Source of the DNA: Candidatus Fraserbacteria bacterium
GTDB lineage: Bacteria > Bipolaricaulota > Bipolaricaulia > RBG-16-55-9
Length of the DNA: 33,356 nucleotides
Reading direction: 5' to 3'
Assembly (NCBI GenBank): GCA_037442925.1
Contig: JBBIPG010000019.1
Location: 1-33,356, forward strand
Shown: positions 8,020 to 16,414 of the stretch, one piece after another
Layout of the letters: the number at the start of each line of letters is the position of its first letter
Position numbering within the stretch: position 1 is the stretch's first letter
Notes under the pieces: model-generated
What the model saw: only the letters and a program-made list of their open reading frames with translations
The model's database searches: none
What the model was told of the DNA's origin: nothing
Position numbers and translations under genes: made by a program

Positions 8020-10244
8020 GGAGATCCCTCCTCTACTTTAACCAGCCGTACGACGGTGTCTTGCCAAGCCTGGCCTCCTGCCGCGGAGTCGGAGCGGATC
8101 GGTATCAAGGGCTGCACGTGGGTTCCGGCCTCCTTCCACCAGATGAGGGAGGTGTTGGGGTCCTGGCTGCGGAAGGCCCCACCTTGGGCGAGTCTTCCTA
8201 GTCCCCAGTGGCCCAGACCTCCGTGGATCGCGACCGTCTGCGGGTGAATCCCCTCCGTGGGGAAGGCCCGCACGCGGATCCGACCCACCTGGGATGAGAT
8301 CTCCACCCAATCGCCCTCATGAATTCTCATGCGCTTCGCCACCCCAGCATTGATCCATAGGGAGTTCCGGTGCTCGATCTCCATGAGCCACCAGAGTAAG
8401 GGGGTGACTCCGTCGTCTTGGACGGCAGTGTCAAATACGCTGAGCAGGAACTCGTCTTGTCCTAGCTGCTCATGTTCTGTCACGGCAAGATAGACCGGCA
8501 GCGCCGGTTGCTTGCGTAGAGCCAGAACAGACGAGAAGATCTCGAGTCGCTTCGAATCGGTCGAGAAGTCCCTTCCATAGTCGGGATGACCCGCCGGAGC
8601 CCAGATTCCGACCTCTGTGAGATGTTCGAGCCCTCCCTCGGCGGAGAGCTCCGGTATCGCCTGGGCCTGCTTTTCGACGTACTCTCTCATCGAGCCGAAA
8701 GGGAGAAATCTTCCCACTTCTACTCCCATCTGCTTGGCCAGCTCCAGCAGCACCTCCGGGATCGGGCGGGCTTCTCCCCAAGGGGAGATGACCGGCTGCT
8801 GGAGGGCCACGTAAGGGACGAGATCATAGGCCGGAGGGGAGTGGAGCTCCCAGCTCTCCAAGAAGGTAGCCGCCGGCAGGATGAGATCTGCCAGCTGGGC
8901 CGTCTCCGTCTGGAAGGAATCGCTCACCACCAGAAACGGGATCTTGTTTTCATCTTTCAAGATCTCTTGCACCATGTGCGGTTGGGGCTGCTCGAAGACG
9001 GGATTGGCTCGATCGATCCAGAGAAGCTCCGGGGAGGTTTCGCCCAACGAGATCTGAACGAAGAGCTCTTGAGGGGGAAGTGGGTTGATCGCTCCAGAAG
9101 GACGGGGCTCCGGGTCAGCGAGTTCATAGCGACGAGGCAGGCAGAGGCCGCCGCGCCGCTCCACATTGCCCGTAAGGGCCGCAAGCAGGAAGACCGCCCG
9201 CTCGTTCTGCAAGCCGTTCGCGCGCTGGGAGAGGCCGCCTCCGGTGAGGAGCAGCGCGGGATGCGTGGTGGCAAACTCGACGGCGATCCGACGGATATGT
9301 CCGGCTGCCACTCCACTGAATCTCTCCGCCGATTCGGGAGTATACGGGCGCAAGTGCTCTGCGAGTGCATCCATAGGCCAATTGGAGTGTTTCTCGAGAA
9401 ACTCCCGATCGTAGAGGCCCAGTTGCGTGATCACGTTGGCCATGGCCAATGCAACAGCTGCGTCGGTCCCTGACCGCAGGGGGAACCATTCGTCACTGCG
9501 GCCTGCCGTCCGGCTCAGTCTCGGGTCAAAGGTGACGAGTTTCGCCCCGCCGCGGCGGCCCTCGATGAGCCGTCGGATCAAGGGCACGTACATCTCATGC
9601 GACTCATACGGGTTGGCGCCGAAGTTTAAAATATATTTGGTCTGGGCGAGATCGGGAACATAGGAATCGGCTCCCCAGGTGAGCGAGAGGGCATAGGCTC
9701 GATTGGCAACTCTGAGCAGGCGAGCCTCGGAGACAGTCGGTCCGCCGAACGCTTGCAGAAAGCGCTGTGTGAGCGCATCTGACCTCTGGCTTGCGGGACC
9801 GCTCAAGAAGACGAACTGCTGCGCGTCGTTGTTGCGGATCTCTATGAGGCGGGAGGCGAGTTCGCTGACCGCTTCATCCCAGCTGATGGCCTGCCAGCGA
9901 CCGCTTCCTCGAGGTCCGGCACGTCGGAGAGGTCGCAGCAGTCGATCCGGCTGGAAGAGAAGCTGCACACCGGACAGTCCCTTGGGGCAGATCCCACCAC
10001 GGGCGTTTGGGTCTTTGGGATTGCCCTCGATCTTGACGACCACCCCATCTTCGAGAAAGGCTAAGATCCCGCAGCGGGCAGGGCAGAGGCGACAGACGGT
10101 CGGGACCGCAATGCGCGGCGCTCCCGTGGTTCGACCGACACTGCGGCCCCCTCGGGTGAGCTCTGTAGCCATCAGTCCATATTGAAAAACGAAGCCCGCT
10201 GTACCTGCCCAGAGAGCCCACTTCAAGAACTGCCTTCGGGTCAT
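8016..10244 (-). CDS. TAT-exported DMSO-reductase-superfamily (Psr/Ttr/Arr-like) large subunit
   Basis: TAT signal MTRRQFLK. FS0 motif CRLCPARC...ICPKG. Motifs DRLLRPLRR, W.AISWDEA, DPR.S.TA, TA.LADLILP, and C-terminal WIN...A...I..GD.V. Confidence 0.92.
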   Translation of the reverse strand: MTRRQFLKWALWAGTAGFVFQYGLMATELTRGGRSVGRTTGAPRIAVPTVCRLCPARCGILAFLEDGVVVKIEGNPKDPNARGGICPKGLSGVQLLFQPDRLLRPLRRAGPRGSGRWQAISWDEAVSELASRLIEIRNNDAQQFVFLSGPASQRSDALTQRFLQAFGGPTVSEARLLRVANRAYALSLTWGADSYVPDLAQTKYILNFGANPYESHEMYVPLIRRLIEGRRGGAKLVTFDPRLSRTAGRSDEWFPLRSGTDAAVALAMANVITQLGLYDREFLEKHSNWPMDALAEHLRPYTPESAERFSGVAAGHIRRIAVEFATTHPALLLTGGGLSQRANGLQNERAVFLLAALTGNVERRGGLCLPRRYELADPEPRPSGAINPLPPQELFVQISLGETSPELLWIDRANPVFEQPQPHMVQEILKDENKIPFLVVSDSFQTETAQLADLILPAATFLESWELHSPPAYDLVPYVALQQPVISPWGEARPIPEVLLELAKQMGVEVGRFLPFGSMREYVEKQAQAIPELSAEGGLEHLTEVGIWAPAGHPDYGRDFSTDSKRLEIFSSVLALRKQPALPVYLAVTEHEQLGQDEFLLSVFDTAVQDDGVTPLLWWLMEIEHRNSLWINAGVAKRMRIHEGDWVEISSQVGRIRVRAFPTEGIHPQTVAIHGGLGHWGLGRLAQGGAFRSQDPNTSLIWWKEAGTHVQPLIPIRSDSAAGGQAWQDTVVRLVKVEEGSP

Positions 10245-10257
10245 CTCTCTATCCTCC

Positions 10258-11166
10258 TCAGCTGAGCGGCAGGCTCTGGCCGCCGATCACCATGATGTAG
10301 CGCATGGCGAAGATCCCGATCATCACCAAGACCGCCGCGAGGGAAATCCAACCCATGCGACGATTGAAGTCCGGCAACGCCAAGATCGTCAAGGGCACCA
10401 GCGATCCCAATAAGAGCTCGACGCCCAAGAAGATCGGGCTGAAGTCGAGCGTGAGGATCAGGAGCGCTGCCTCCCGCGCCTCGGTATCTGCCGTCAGCAA
10501 CACAAGCACGTCCGAGAAGATCAAAAACAGATCGGCCAAGATCGCCGCCGCCAGAAGCCGACCCAAATCGACCATGATCTCATGGTATTGGGCACGTTCT
10601 TCCGGTGGCGCGAAGAGCCTGCGTATGGCCACAACCAAGATCATGAGGGCAATTCCCGACACCATCGCCGAGACCAAGAACAATATGGGCATGACAGCCG
10701 TGTTCCACAGGGCGCGCGCCTTGCTGAGTGCCAGAATAAAACCCGTATAGCCGTGGACAGAGATGGCTAGCGGAATTCCGATCAATCCGGTGATCTTCGT
10801 CCACTTGTCGTTCCCCCTGTGCATGAAGTAGCCGTAGATGAGGCAGTTGATGGGATAGATCGTGAGGAGGAAGCTGCCCCAGGTGACGGGTGATTTTATA
10901 TTGAGATAGGGGAAGAGGTGCCAGAAGCGCTCAGGCCGGCCCAAGTCAATGATCAAATTCAAAGGCGCCAGCACGAGCAGCACTGTCGCTAACACCACGC
11001 CGATAAACCCAATGGGCTTATATTTTTTCAGCCCAAATCCATAGGCCAACGTCGAGAGGATAAAGGAACCAGCACTCAGACCCGTGAAGTAGAAATAAAC
11101 GGCGATCCAGACTCCCAGCGGCGGCTCGTGCGCGACGTTATAGAGGACTTGAACTCCCTGTTCCAT
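10258..11166 (-). CDS. NrfD/PsrC-family quinol-interacting membrane anchor
   Basis: YFYFTGLSAG, DLGRPERFWH, SP.TWGS, YTGF.L, LWN motifs and about eight TM helices. Confidence 0.93.
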   Translation of the reverse strand: MEQGVQVLYNVAHEPPLGVWIAVYFYFTGLSAGSFILSTLAYGFGLKKYKPIGFIGVVLATVLLVLAPLNLIIDLGRPERFWHLFPYLNIKSPVTWGSFLLTIYPINCLIYGYFMHRGNDKWTKITGLIGIPLAISVHGYTGFILALSKARALWNTAVMPILFLVSAMVSGIALMILVVAIRRLFAPPEERAQYHEIMVDLGRLLAAAILADLFLIFSDVLVLLTADTEAREAALLILTLDFSPIFLGVELLLGSLVPLTILALPDFNRRMGWISLAAVLVMIGIFAMRYIMVIGGQSLPLS

Positions 11167-11172
11167 CTGCGT

Positions 11173-11832
11173 TCACTCCCCCGCCTGCGCGCGTGGGCGC
11201 AGGATCCCCAGCTTGGCCAGCCACCAGCGCACCCAGTCAACTTCCACCCGCTCTTCCGCCCCACCATAGGTGCGCATGGCGACCATATCGGCCCCGATGT
11301 AGAAGACATGAGGCAGCGTGTCCCTCTCCGGTTTGAGCACCTGGACGGCATTGGCAGCCAAGACCTTGGAGATCTCGCTTTCAGGGTCGTTGATGTCCCC
11401 GAAGATGAGAGCCCGCGTGGGACAGGCGTTCACGCAGGCGGGCTCTAAACCCACATCCACACGATGATGGCACCAGGTGCACTTCTGAACCACCCTCTTT
11501 AAGGGATCAAGATAACGCACGTCGTAGGGACAAGAAGCGATGCAATACTTGCAGCCAATGCACCGATGAGGATCTTGCATGACGATGCCATCCTCTCGTC
11601 GGAACGTGGCTTGGGTAGGACAGTTGCGCACGCAAATGGGATTCTCGCAGTTGTTGCAGAGCGCTGGCAGAAACGAGAGGCTGACGTTGGGGTAGCGGCC
11701 CTTCTGGACTACCTTGACCCAGTTGCGATAGACCCCCAAGGGGGTGCCCATCTCCGCCTTGCAGGCCACCTGGCAGGCATGGCAGCCGATGCATCTTCGT
11801 AAGTCCACTACCATGCCCCAACGGACGCTCAT
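11173..11832 (-). CDS. NrfC/PsrB/TtrB-type 4x[4Fe-4S] subunit
   Basis: CIGCHACQVAC, CNNCENPICVRNCP, CIGCKYCIASCPY, KCTWC...PACVNACP. Start placed at 11832 (RBS AGAGGA) because the ATG at 11853 overlaps the -10 element. Confidence 0.93.
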   Translation of the reverse strand: MSVRWGMVVDLRRCIGCHACQVACKAEMGTPLGVYRNWVKVVQKGRYPNVSLSFLPALCNNCENPICVRNCPTQATFRREDGIVMQDPHRCIGCKYCIASCPYDVRYLDPLKRVVQKCTWCHHRVDVGLEPACVNACPTRALIFGDINDPESEISKVLAANAVQVLKPERDTLPHVFYIGADMVAMRTYGGAEERVEVDWVRWWLAKLGILRPRAQAGE

Positions 11833-11851
11833 TGCGATCCTCTCTGCGGCC

Positions 11852-11915
11852 ATTCTAGGAAGGTCTTCAGCTCACTACGATGATCGGGATCAGCCATCGT
11901 TCTGATTCTGGTCAT
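11852..11915 (-). promoter_or_regulatory. Internal promoter for the B-C-A-cytochrome module: TAGAAT plus two Crp/Fnr-like boxes
   Basis: ATTCTA at 11852-11857. ATGATcgggATCAG at 11880-11893 and CTGATtctgGTCAT at 11902-11915. Confidence 0.7.
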
Positions 11916-11925
11916 GAGCCGTGCG

Positions 11926-13212
11926 CTAAAACGTGGCGAGTGCATAGTACGTGAGCCCCAATGCCGGAGGAATGAACAGGGCTGCCAGTTGGAGTTGCCC
12001 TACGGAGAGACCCAGCTCGTCCTTATAACCCGCTATAGACAGGATCAGAAAGAGGCTGATGAAGGCAATCCCCAAGGCTGTTCGCTTGGGCGCCTGCTCG
12101 GGAGATTCCAAGTAATGCTGCGGCTCCCGTCTCCGGTCGAGAAAGGGCCACAAGACAAAGAGGGCGAGAATCGCCCCCGGCAAGAGCACCCCGCCAATGT
12201 TCTCCGGGTTGATCACCGTGCCGGGCAGATGGGCTTCCATCCAGCCGGGGATCAGTTTTAAGAGCCCGTAGACCCAGAGGAAGTACCAGTCGGGCTTGAC
12301 GGACGGTGTTCCAGGCTGGGGTGGACCATAGATCTCAACGGGGTGCGCGGGAAAGAAGGCTGCCAGAAAGAGTAGCCCTCCCGTGAGCAGCAGGAAGAGT
12401 TGCGCCATCAAGACTGCCTGATGCGGCCACAGTGGCACGCCGATGAGCTTGCCCGCTGGGGCGCGTCCGCGGTTCGCTGCGGGCTCGGTATGCTTCTGCT
12501 CGATCATGATGAGTAGATGCAGGCCGATCAGGCCGAGGAGCAAGAGGGGCAGGAGCATGACGTGGAGCGCGTGAAAACGAGGGATGCTGCCCGGTGCCGG
12601 GAATTTTCCGGCAAACATGAGATCTGCTAAGTACGGCCCAGCCCAGGGGATAGAGCGCGCAATCTCGTAGCCGATCTTGGTCGCCGTCACCGCAAACTGG
12701 TCGAAGGGCAAGACGTACCCGACAAAGGAGGCCACCACCGTCAGACCCAAAAGCAAAAGACCTACAACCCAGTTGATCTCGCGGGGGTTCTTGTAGGCTC
12801 CGGTGAAAAACACTCTCAGCATGTGCAGGACAATCGCGGCGATCATGACGTGAGCCGCCCAGTGATGGAGCTGGCGGATGACGAAGCCAAACGGAGCCCG
12901 GTCGATCTTCACCACAGACACATAGGCTGCGGGGGCGTGTCCCTCCTCGAACTCGACGTGCTGGGTTGATGGCTCGTACATAAGCGCCAGGAAGATCCCT
13001 GTAATGACGAGCAAGACGAAGCAGAAGAGGGCGATCTCTCCTAGGAAGAAAGTCGAGTGGACCGGAAAGGCCTTGCGCAAGAATTTCTCTCTCAGACGGG
13101 TAAGACGTAGCCTCTCCTCCCACCCACTAGCCTCTGCTTGGGCAGTAGGCTTTGCTGTGGGCGGCTCCAGCGCACTTGCTGCTGTCTTGGGGTTCGACAT
13201 CTTTTCGTCCAT
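11926..13212 (-). CDS. fbcB: Cytochrome b of Rieske/cytb complex, copy A (unsplit, Thermus FbcB-like)
   Basis: RKAFPVHSTFFLGEI, heme-ligand His pairs (HHWAAH...LH and LHV...LH), PREINW, GY.LP.D, Qo motif KPDWY. Confidence 0.93.
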   Translation of the reverse strand: MDEKMSNPKTAASALEPPTAKPTAQAEASGWEERLRLTRLREKFLRKAFPVHSTFFLGEIALFCFVLLVITGIFLALMYEPSTQHVEFEEGHAPAAYVSVVKIDRAPFGFVIRQLHHWAAHVMIAAIVLHMLRVFFTGAYKNPREINWVVGLLLLGLTVVASFVGYVLPFDQFAVTATKIGYEIARSIPWAGPYLADLMFAGKFPAPGSIPRFHALHVMLLPLLLLGLIGLHLLIMIEQKHTEPAANRGRAPAGKLIGVPLWPHQAVLMAQLFLLLTGGLLFLAAFFPAHPVEIYGPPQPGTPSVKPDWYFLWVYGLLKLIPGWMEAHLPGTVINPENIGGVLLPGAILALFVLWPFLDRRREPQHYLESPEQAPKRTALGIAFISLFLILSIAGYKDELGLSVGQLQLAALFIPPALGLTYYALATF

Positions 13213-13219
13213 GGCTCCG

Positions 13220-13798
13220 TTAGGGGCCCACCCTTTCCGCGAAGCTACCGGCAGCCTCTAGCTCCCCTTGAGTATTGAAGCGGAGGGGGAGCTGAGGCAG
13301 CGGTCGAGGAGGCGGTCCTGAAACTACAATGGCTCCTCGCCCGGGATCATAGACTCCGGCATGGCAGGGGCAGAAGATTGCCTCCGAGCGCAGCTCGCTG
13401 AGCACCGTGCAGCCGAGGTGCGTGCAGATGGCGCTGTAGGCTACGAAACCCTCCGCCGTCCACTCCCGTCGCGTCGGCGACTCCAGCCTCGCTGGCTCCA
13501 GGCGTACGACGATCACGGTGTTCTCCTCAACGTCTTCCTTGCCCGCGGGCAGGGCGAGTGCGGCCTCGCTCACCCGAAGAGCGTCTCGGGTGATGCGCTC
13601 TCCCCGGCGCGGCCCCACGGCAAAGACCAACTTATCTCCTTCACCAATCATCTTGGTCGTCTGCTGCACCACCAGCGGCTTGAGCGAATTGACAGCCGAC
13701 AGCATCGCGAGCAGAGCACTTCCGGCCCCCAGACCCATAAGCCAGTGGAAGACCCGCCGGCGCGACAGACCTTTGGCCTTTGATTCTTCTCTTCTCAT
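13220..13798 (-). CDS. fbcF: Rieske [2Fe-2S] protein, copy A
   Basis: TAT-like LSRRRVF plus TM segment. CTHLGC, CPCHAGVYD and GPPPRPL. Confidence 0.95.
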   Translation of the reverse strand: MRREESKAKGLSRRRVFHWLMGLGAGSALLAMLSAVNSLKPLVVQQTTKMIGEGDKLVFAVGPRRGERITRDALRVSEAALALPAGKEDVEENTVIVVRLEPARLESPTRREWTAEGFVAYSAICTHLGCTVLSELRSEAIFCPCHAGVYDPGRGAIVVSGPPPRPLPQLPLRFNTQGELEAAGSFAERVGP

Positions 13799-13810
13799 CT
13801 CGTTAGCACC

Positions 13811-14173
13811 TCACCACGGAATACCGTCATCGCGGTCTTGGGTGACGGCCTCATGGGTGATGAAGTAACGACGGTAAAGCACGAGCATCAGCGCCAGACC
13901 CAGGAAGAGCACTCCCGCATCCAGTGCGAGCTGTCGCGGCGGAGCTGTGGCCAACTCCCCCATGAACTTGATGGCCCAGGCCATCACGAGAGCAGCCAAG
14001 CCCAGCGCCGCAATCAGCGACCAAACCGGTTCTGGTGGCCGCTCCGTCGGACCGGGCACCAGCTCTCGCCCCTCCAGCCAGACCGATAAGACCCCCTGCA
14101 CGCCGTAGAGCGCCAGAAGGAATCCCCAAGCGATCAGCGCGATCTGGTACGCGTCTAGGTGCGTAGGGATCAT
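13811..14173 (-). CDS. fbcX: FbcX-like 3-TM accessory subunit, copy A
   Basis: LYG..G..S.WLEG.EL.PG and C-terminal Y+++F...E......PW resemble Thermus FbcX as recalled, and it sits directly before the Rieske gene. Confidence 0.65.
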   Translation of the reverse strand: MIPTHLDAYQIALIAWGFLLALYGVQGVLSVWLEGRELVPGPTERPPEPVWSLIAALGLAALVMAWAIKFMGELATAPPRQLALDAGVLFLGLALMLVLYRRYFITHEAVTQDRDDGIPW

Positions 14174-14793
14174 GGCACCACCTCCTCAAAGAGATCGAGC
14201 ATGGTTGCGGAGCGGCTCTTGTGATAGCTCGTGAAATCGTCAGAATCGGAGTGAGCCAGAAGCACTCGCATCTTGCCAGGGACAATCGCTTGGTCGAAAG
14301 GGTCACCGGTGTCGAGCTTGCGTCGGAGCTCCACCACCGTGCCCTGCTCGCTTTCAGCACCTGCACTCTCTAAGATATCGTCACGTCCCCCCAGCTTCGC
14401 ATCTGCCGTATGCGAGACGAAATCGTTGGCGAAGTTGTCCTGCAGGTGTAGCCCTTCTGAATCCACATAAGTGATCAGGATGTCCGCGCCCTTCATCATG
14501 GGGCCTTCACCTCCGAGGCCTACAGCCACCCAGCCGCGATCGGGGCACCTCAGCCCGATGAAGATCTCATCTTCCACGATCGTCCAGTGGAGTTCCATGC
14601 CGGTCGCTTCATCGCGGTAGCTCTTGGTGTACTCACCCTCTTCAATGATCCCGTCGAGAGTGGCCGCGCGGAGCCCCAAGCGACGGGCCTGATCGGTCTC
14701 CCAGTTTCTGCGGAAGTCCAGGGTCAAAAGGGCAGCAATCCCGACAGCCAAGGCTAGTGCTATCAAGGGTAGCAACAGCCCGTTTCGCTGCAT
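14170..14793 (-). CDS. Membrane-anchored DOMON-domain protein, probable Met/His heme-b cytochrome
   Basis: N-terminal TM. GWVAVG, M.GADI, R.LDTGD.FD, ..AH.......YH are the DOMON core with candidate Met and His ligands. Confidence 0.85.
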   Translation of the reverse strand: MQRNGLLLPLIALALAVGIAALLTLDFRRNWETDQARRLGLRAATLDGIIEEGEYTKSYRDEATGMELHWTIVEDEIFIGLRCPDRGWVAVGLGGEGPMMKGADILITYVDSEGLHLQDNFANDFVSHTADAKLGGRDDILESAGAESEQGTVVELRRKLDTGDPFDQAIVPGKMRVLLAHSDSDDFTSYHKSRSATMLDLFEEVVP

Positions 14794-15641
14794 CAGGACT
14801 CCTTCTCCAGTGCTTCCACAGCCGCTTGTGCCAGCGCAAGCACCTGCTCAAGCTGGCTCTCTACCTGCTCGAGCCGGAAGGTGTGCCACCCCTCTTGGAT
14901 GGCGCGCATCCCCGCCTCTGCTTGAGCCAGGAGTTGCGCGGCAGATCCGGTGTCCACTTCATCCTGCTTGGCCGAGATCAGTTTCCGGATGAGCTCAAGC
15001 TGTTCCTGGGCTTGTCTTATGAGCGTGAGCAAGAAGCGGGCCTTCAGCGGCTCATCCGGTCGGATGCCCAGGCGCTCGTTATGGCAGGCCGTACACGTTG
15101 CTGCCAGCTCCTGTGGGCTTAGAATGGCGACGGCCATCGCCCCATGGCAGGTGACGCAGTTGGGTCCACGCCCCGTCTCCTGAAGTTGCTGATAGTGGAC
15201 GCTCTGCCGGAAGTAGGCCAGCTCCGCCGTGTGGCAGCGCCCGCAGGTCTCCGGGACCTTGGTGAAATAAAGAGGGCTTTGCGGGTCACGCGAGGGTCGA
15301 AGTCCCTGGTGAGCACGCTCCAGCTGGGCTTGGGTTGGGTCACCTCCGTGGCACTCGGAGCAGGAGACTCCCTGTTGCGCATGGAGGGAATCCTCCCAGT
15401 CGGCAAACGTATGCCCGATGAACGTCCGAGGCAGAGTGCGGTGGCACGTGACACAAGCACTTTCAGCCAGTTCTCCCGGTGGAGGCTTCGCCGTCTCAGT
15501 TCCGGGCGTGGGCACAACTGGAGCCTCGCCCGGCACCCGTTGGGGCGGAAGGCGGAAGCTGTAGAGAGTCAGCCCCACGGCCACCACCAGAAGAAGTGCC
15601 AAGCCCAGCAATCCATACCGTCGCAGCGTGCGCGTCTTCAT
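14793..15641 (-). CDS. Membrane-anchored pentaheme cytochrome c with C-terminal helical domain
   Basis: CVTCH, CSECH, CGRCH, CVTCH, CTACH. N-terminal TM and an Ala/Gln/Glu-rich helical tail. Confidence 0.9.
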   Translation of the reverse strand: MKTRTLRRYGLLGLALLLVVAVGLTLYSFRLPPQRVPGEAPVVPTPGTETAKPPPGELAESACVTCHRTLPRTFIGHTFADWEDSLHAQQGVSCSECHGGDPTQAQLERAHQGLRPSRDPQSPLYFTKVPETCGRCHTAELAYFRQSVHYQQLQETGRGPNCVTCHGAMAVAILSPQELAATCTACHNERLGIRPDEPLKARFLLTLIRQAQEQLELIRKLISAKQDEVDTGSAAQLLAQAEAGMRAIQEGWHTFRLEQVESQLEQVLALAQAAVEALEKES

Positions 15642-15683
15642 CCTCGAACTCCGATCTGCTATTAGGCCGTGCTCGCTAAGGCG

Positions 15684-15720
15684 CGGGCCGAGTGAGTTGC
15701 TCAGCCACCCACTCGACCCG
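15684..15720 (-). other. Intra-operon GC-rich stem-loop
   Basis: Minus-strand RNA CGGGUCGAGUGGGUGGC-UGA-GCAACUCACUCGGCCCG gives a 17-bp stem with two G-U pairs and one mismatch. No U-tract. Confidence 0.6.
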
Positions 15721-15746
15721 CCATTCCACGGGGCTTGTTGCCCTCG

Positions 15747-16253
15747 TTACTCCTTGCCCTTCTTGATGGTCATGGTCCCGGCCGGAGGCTTCGTGACGTC
15801 GAGGTTGAGCGCGTGGCACTGCGTGCAGAAGCCGCCGTAGTTGGTGAGGAAGGCGTTGTCCGCTGCGCCCGTGAAGTGGACCAAGTGGAGGTCCCGGCTG
15901 AGAGGCATCTTGCTATCTGCCGCGTGGCAGTTGAGACAGAAAGTCGGCAGTTCCTGGGAAGCTACCATGGCCGCCACGTCCGGATGCTTCCCGCTGACGG
16001 TGGCCTCTGGCCAAGCGGCCTTAACGAGGTCTACGATCTCTTGAGGAACACCTGCGGTCGCCCAGCTACCGATGATGGTGGAGAGCTTGAAGTTGTCCTT
16101 GTGACAGCTGACGCAGCCGTTGGGGGTCTCGTCTGTAGCCGTGATGCCCGGGATCTGCGGGACTTGTTGCTCCTGCGTGAAGACGGCGACACCGGCCCCA
16201 ACCCCAAGCAGCAGGGCTACCATGAGCACGAACGGTAGACTCTTTCTGAGCAT
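15747..16253 (-). CDS. Secreted triheme cytochrome c
   Basis: Signal peptide. CVSCH, CLNCH, CTQCH. RBS AAGGAGGTGA. Confidence 0.88.
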   Translation of the reverse strand: MLRKSLPFVLMVALLLGVGAGVAVFTQEQQVPQIPGITATDETPNGCVSCHKDNFKLSTIIGSWATAGVPQEIVDLVKAAWPEATVSGKHPDVAAMVASQELPTFCLNCHAADSKMPLSRDLHLVHFTGAADNAFLTNYGGFCTQCHALNLDVTKPPAGTMTIKKGKE

Positions 16254-16299
16254 GAGGTTTCACCTCCTTCCTTGAATACAACTAGTTCTCCATCTTAAG

Positions 16300-16340
16300 A
16301 TTCTATGATCTGAATCAAAATATGCAATGACCGATATCAG
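16300..16340 (-). promoter_or_regulatory. Two Crp/Fnr-like boxes and a TAGAAT in the divergent intergenic region
   Basis: ATGATctgaATCAA at 16305-16318, ATGACcgatATCAG at 16327-16340 (22 bp apart), ATTCTA at 16300-16305. Confidence 0.6.
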
Positions 16341-16362
16341 GCCACAATTGGGATCGTAGCCC

Positions 16363-16391
16363 TTCACAACCACGAGTCCGTGCACTATAAT
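16363..16391 (+). promoter_or_regulatory. Sigma70-type promoter for the 16415 cytochrome
   Basis: TTCACA (16363-16368), 17 bp spacer, TATAAT (16386-16391). Confidence 0.7.
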
Positions 16392-16414
16392 AAGACTAAA
16401 AGGGGTGATAATAG

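Noticed and set aside
8586..9473. 295-aa plus-strand ORF, and similar long antisense ORFs such as 20826-21575 and 23056-23949
   Set aside because: They lie antisense to well-supported genes in high-GC DNA and show no motifs; these are shadow ORFs.
9660..9760. Selenocysteine as the missing Mo ligand
   Set aside because: The ORF has no in-frame TGA.
11833..11853. Longer ORF-track starts (11853, 23180, 23841, 24266, 27988, 30666, 31233)
   Set aside because: They overlap promoter elements or upstream genes; downstream starts have better RBS or translational coupling.
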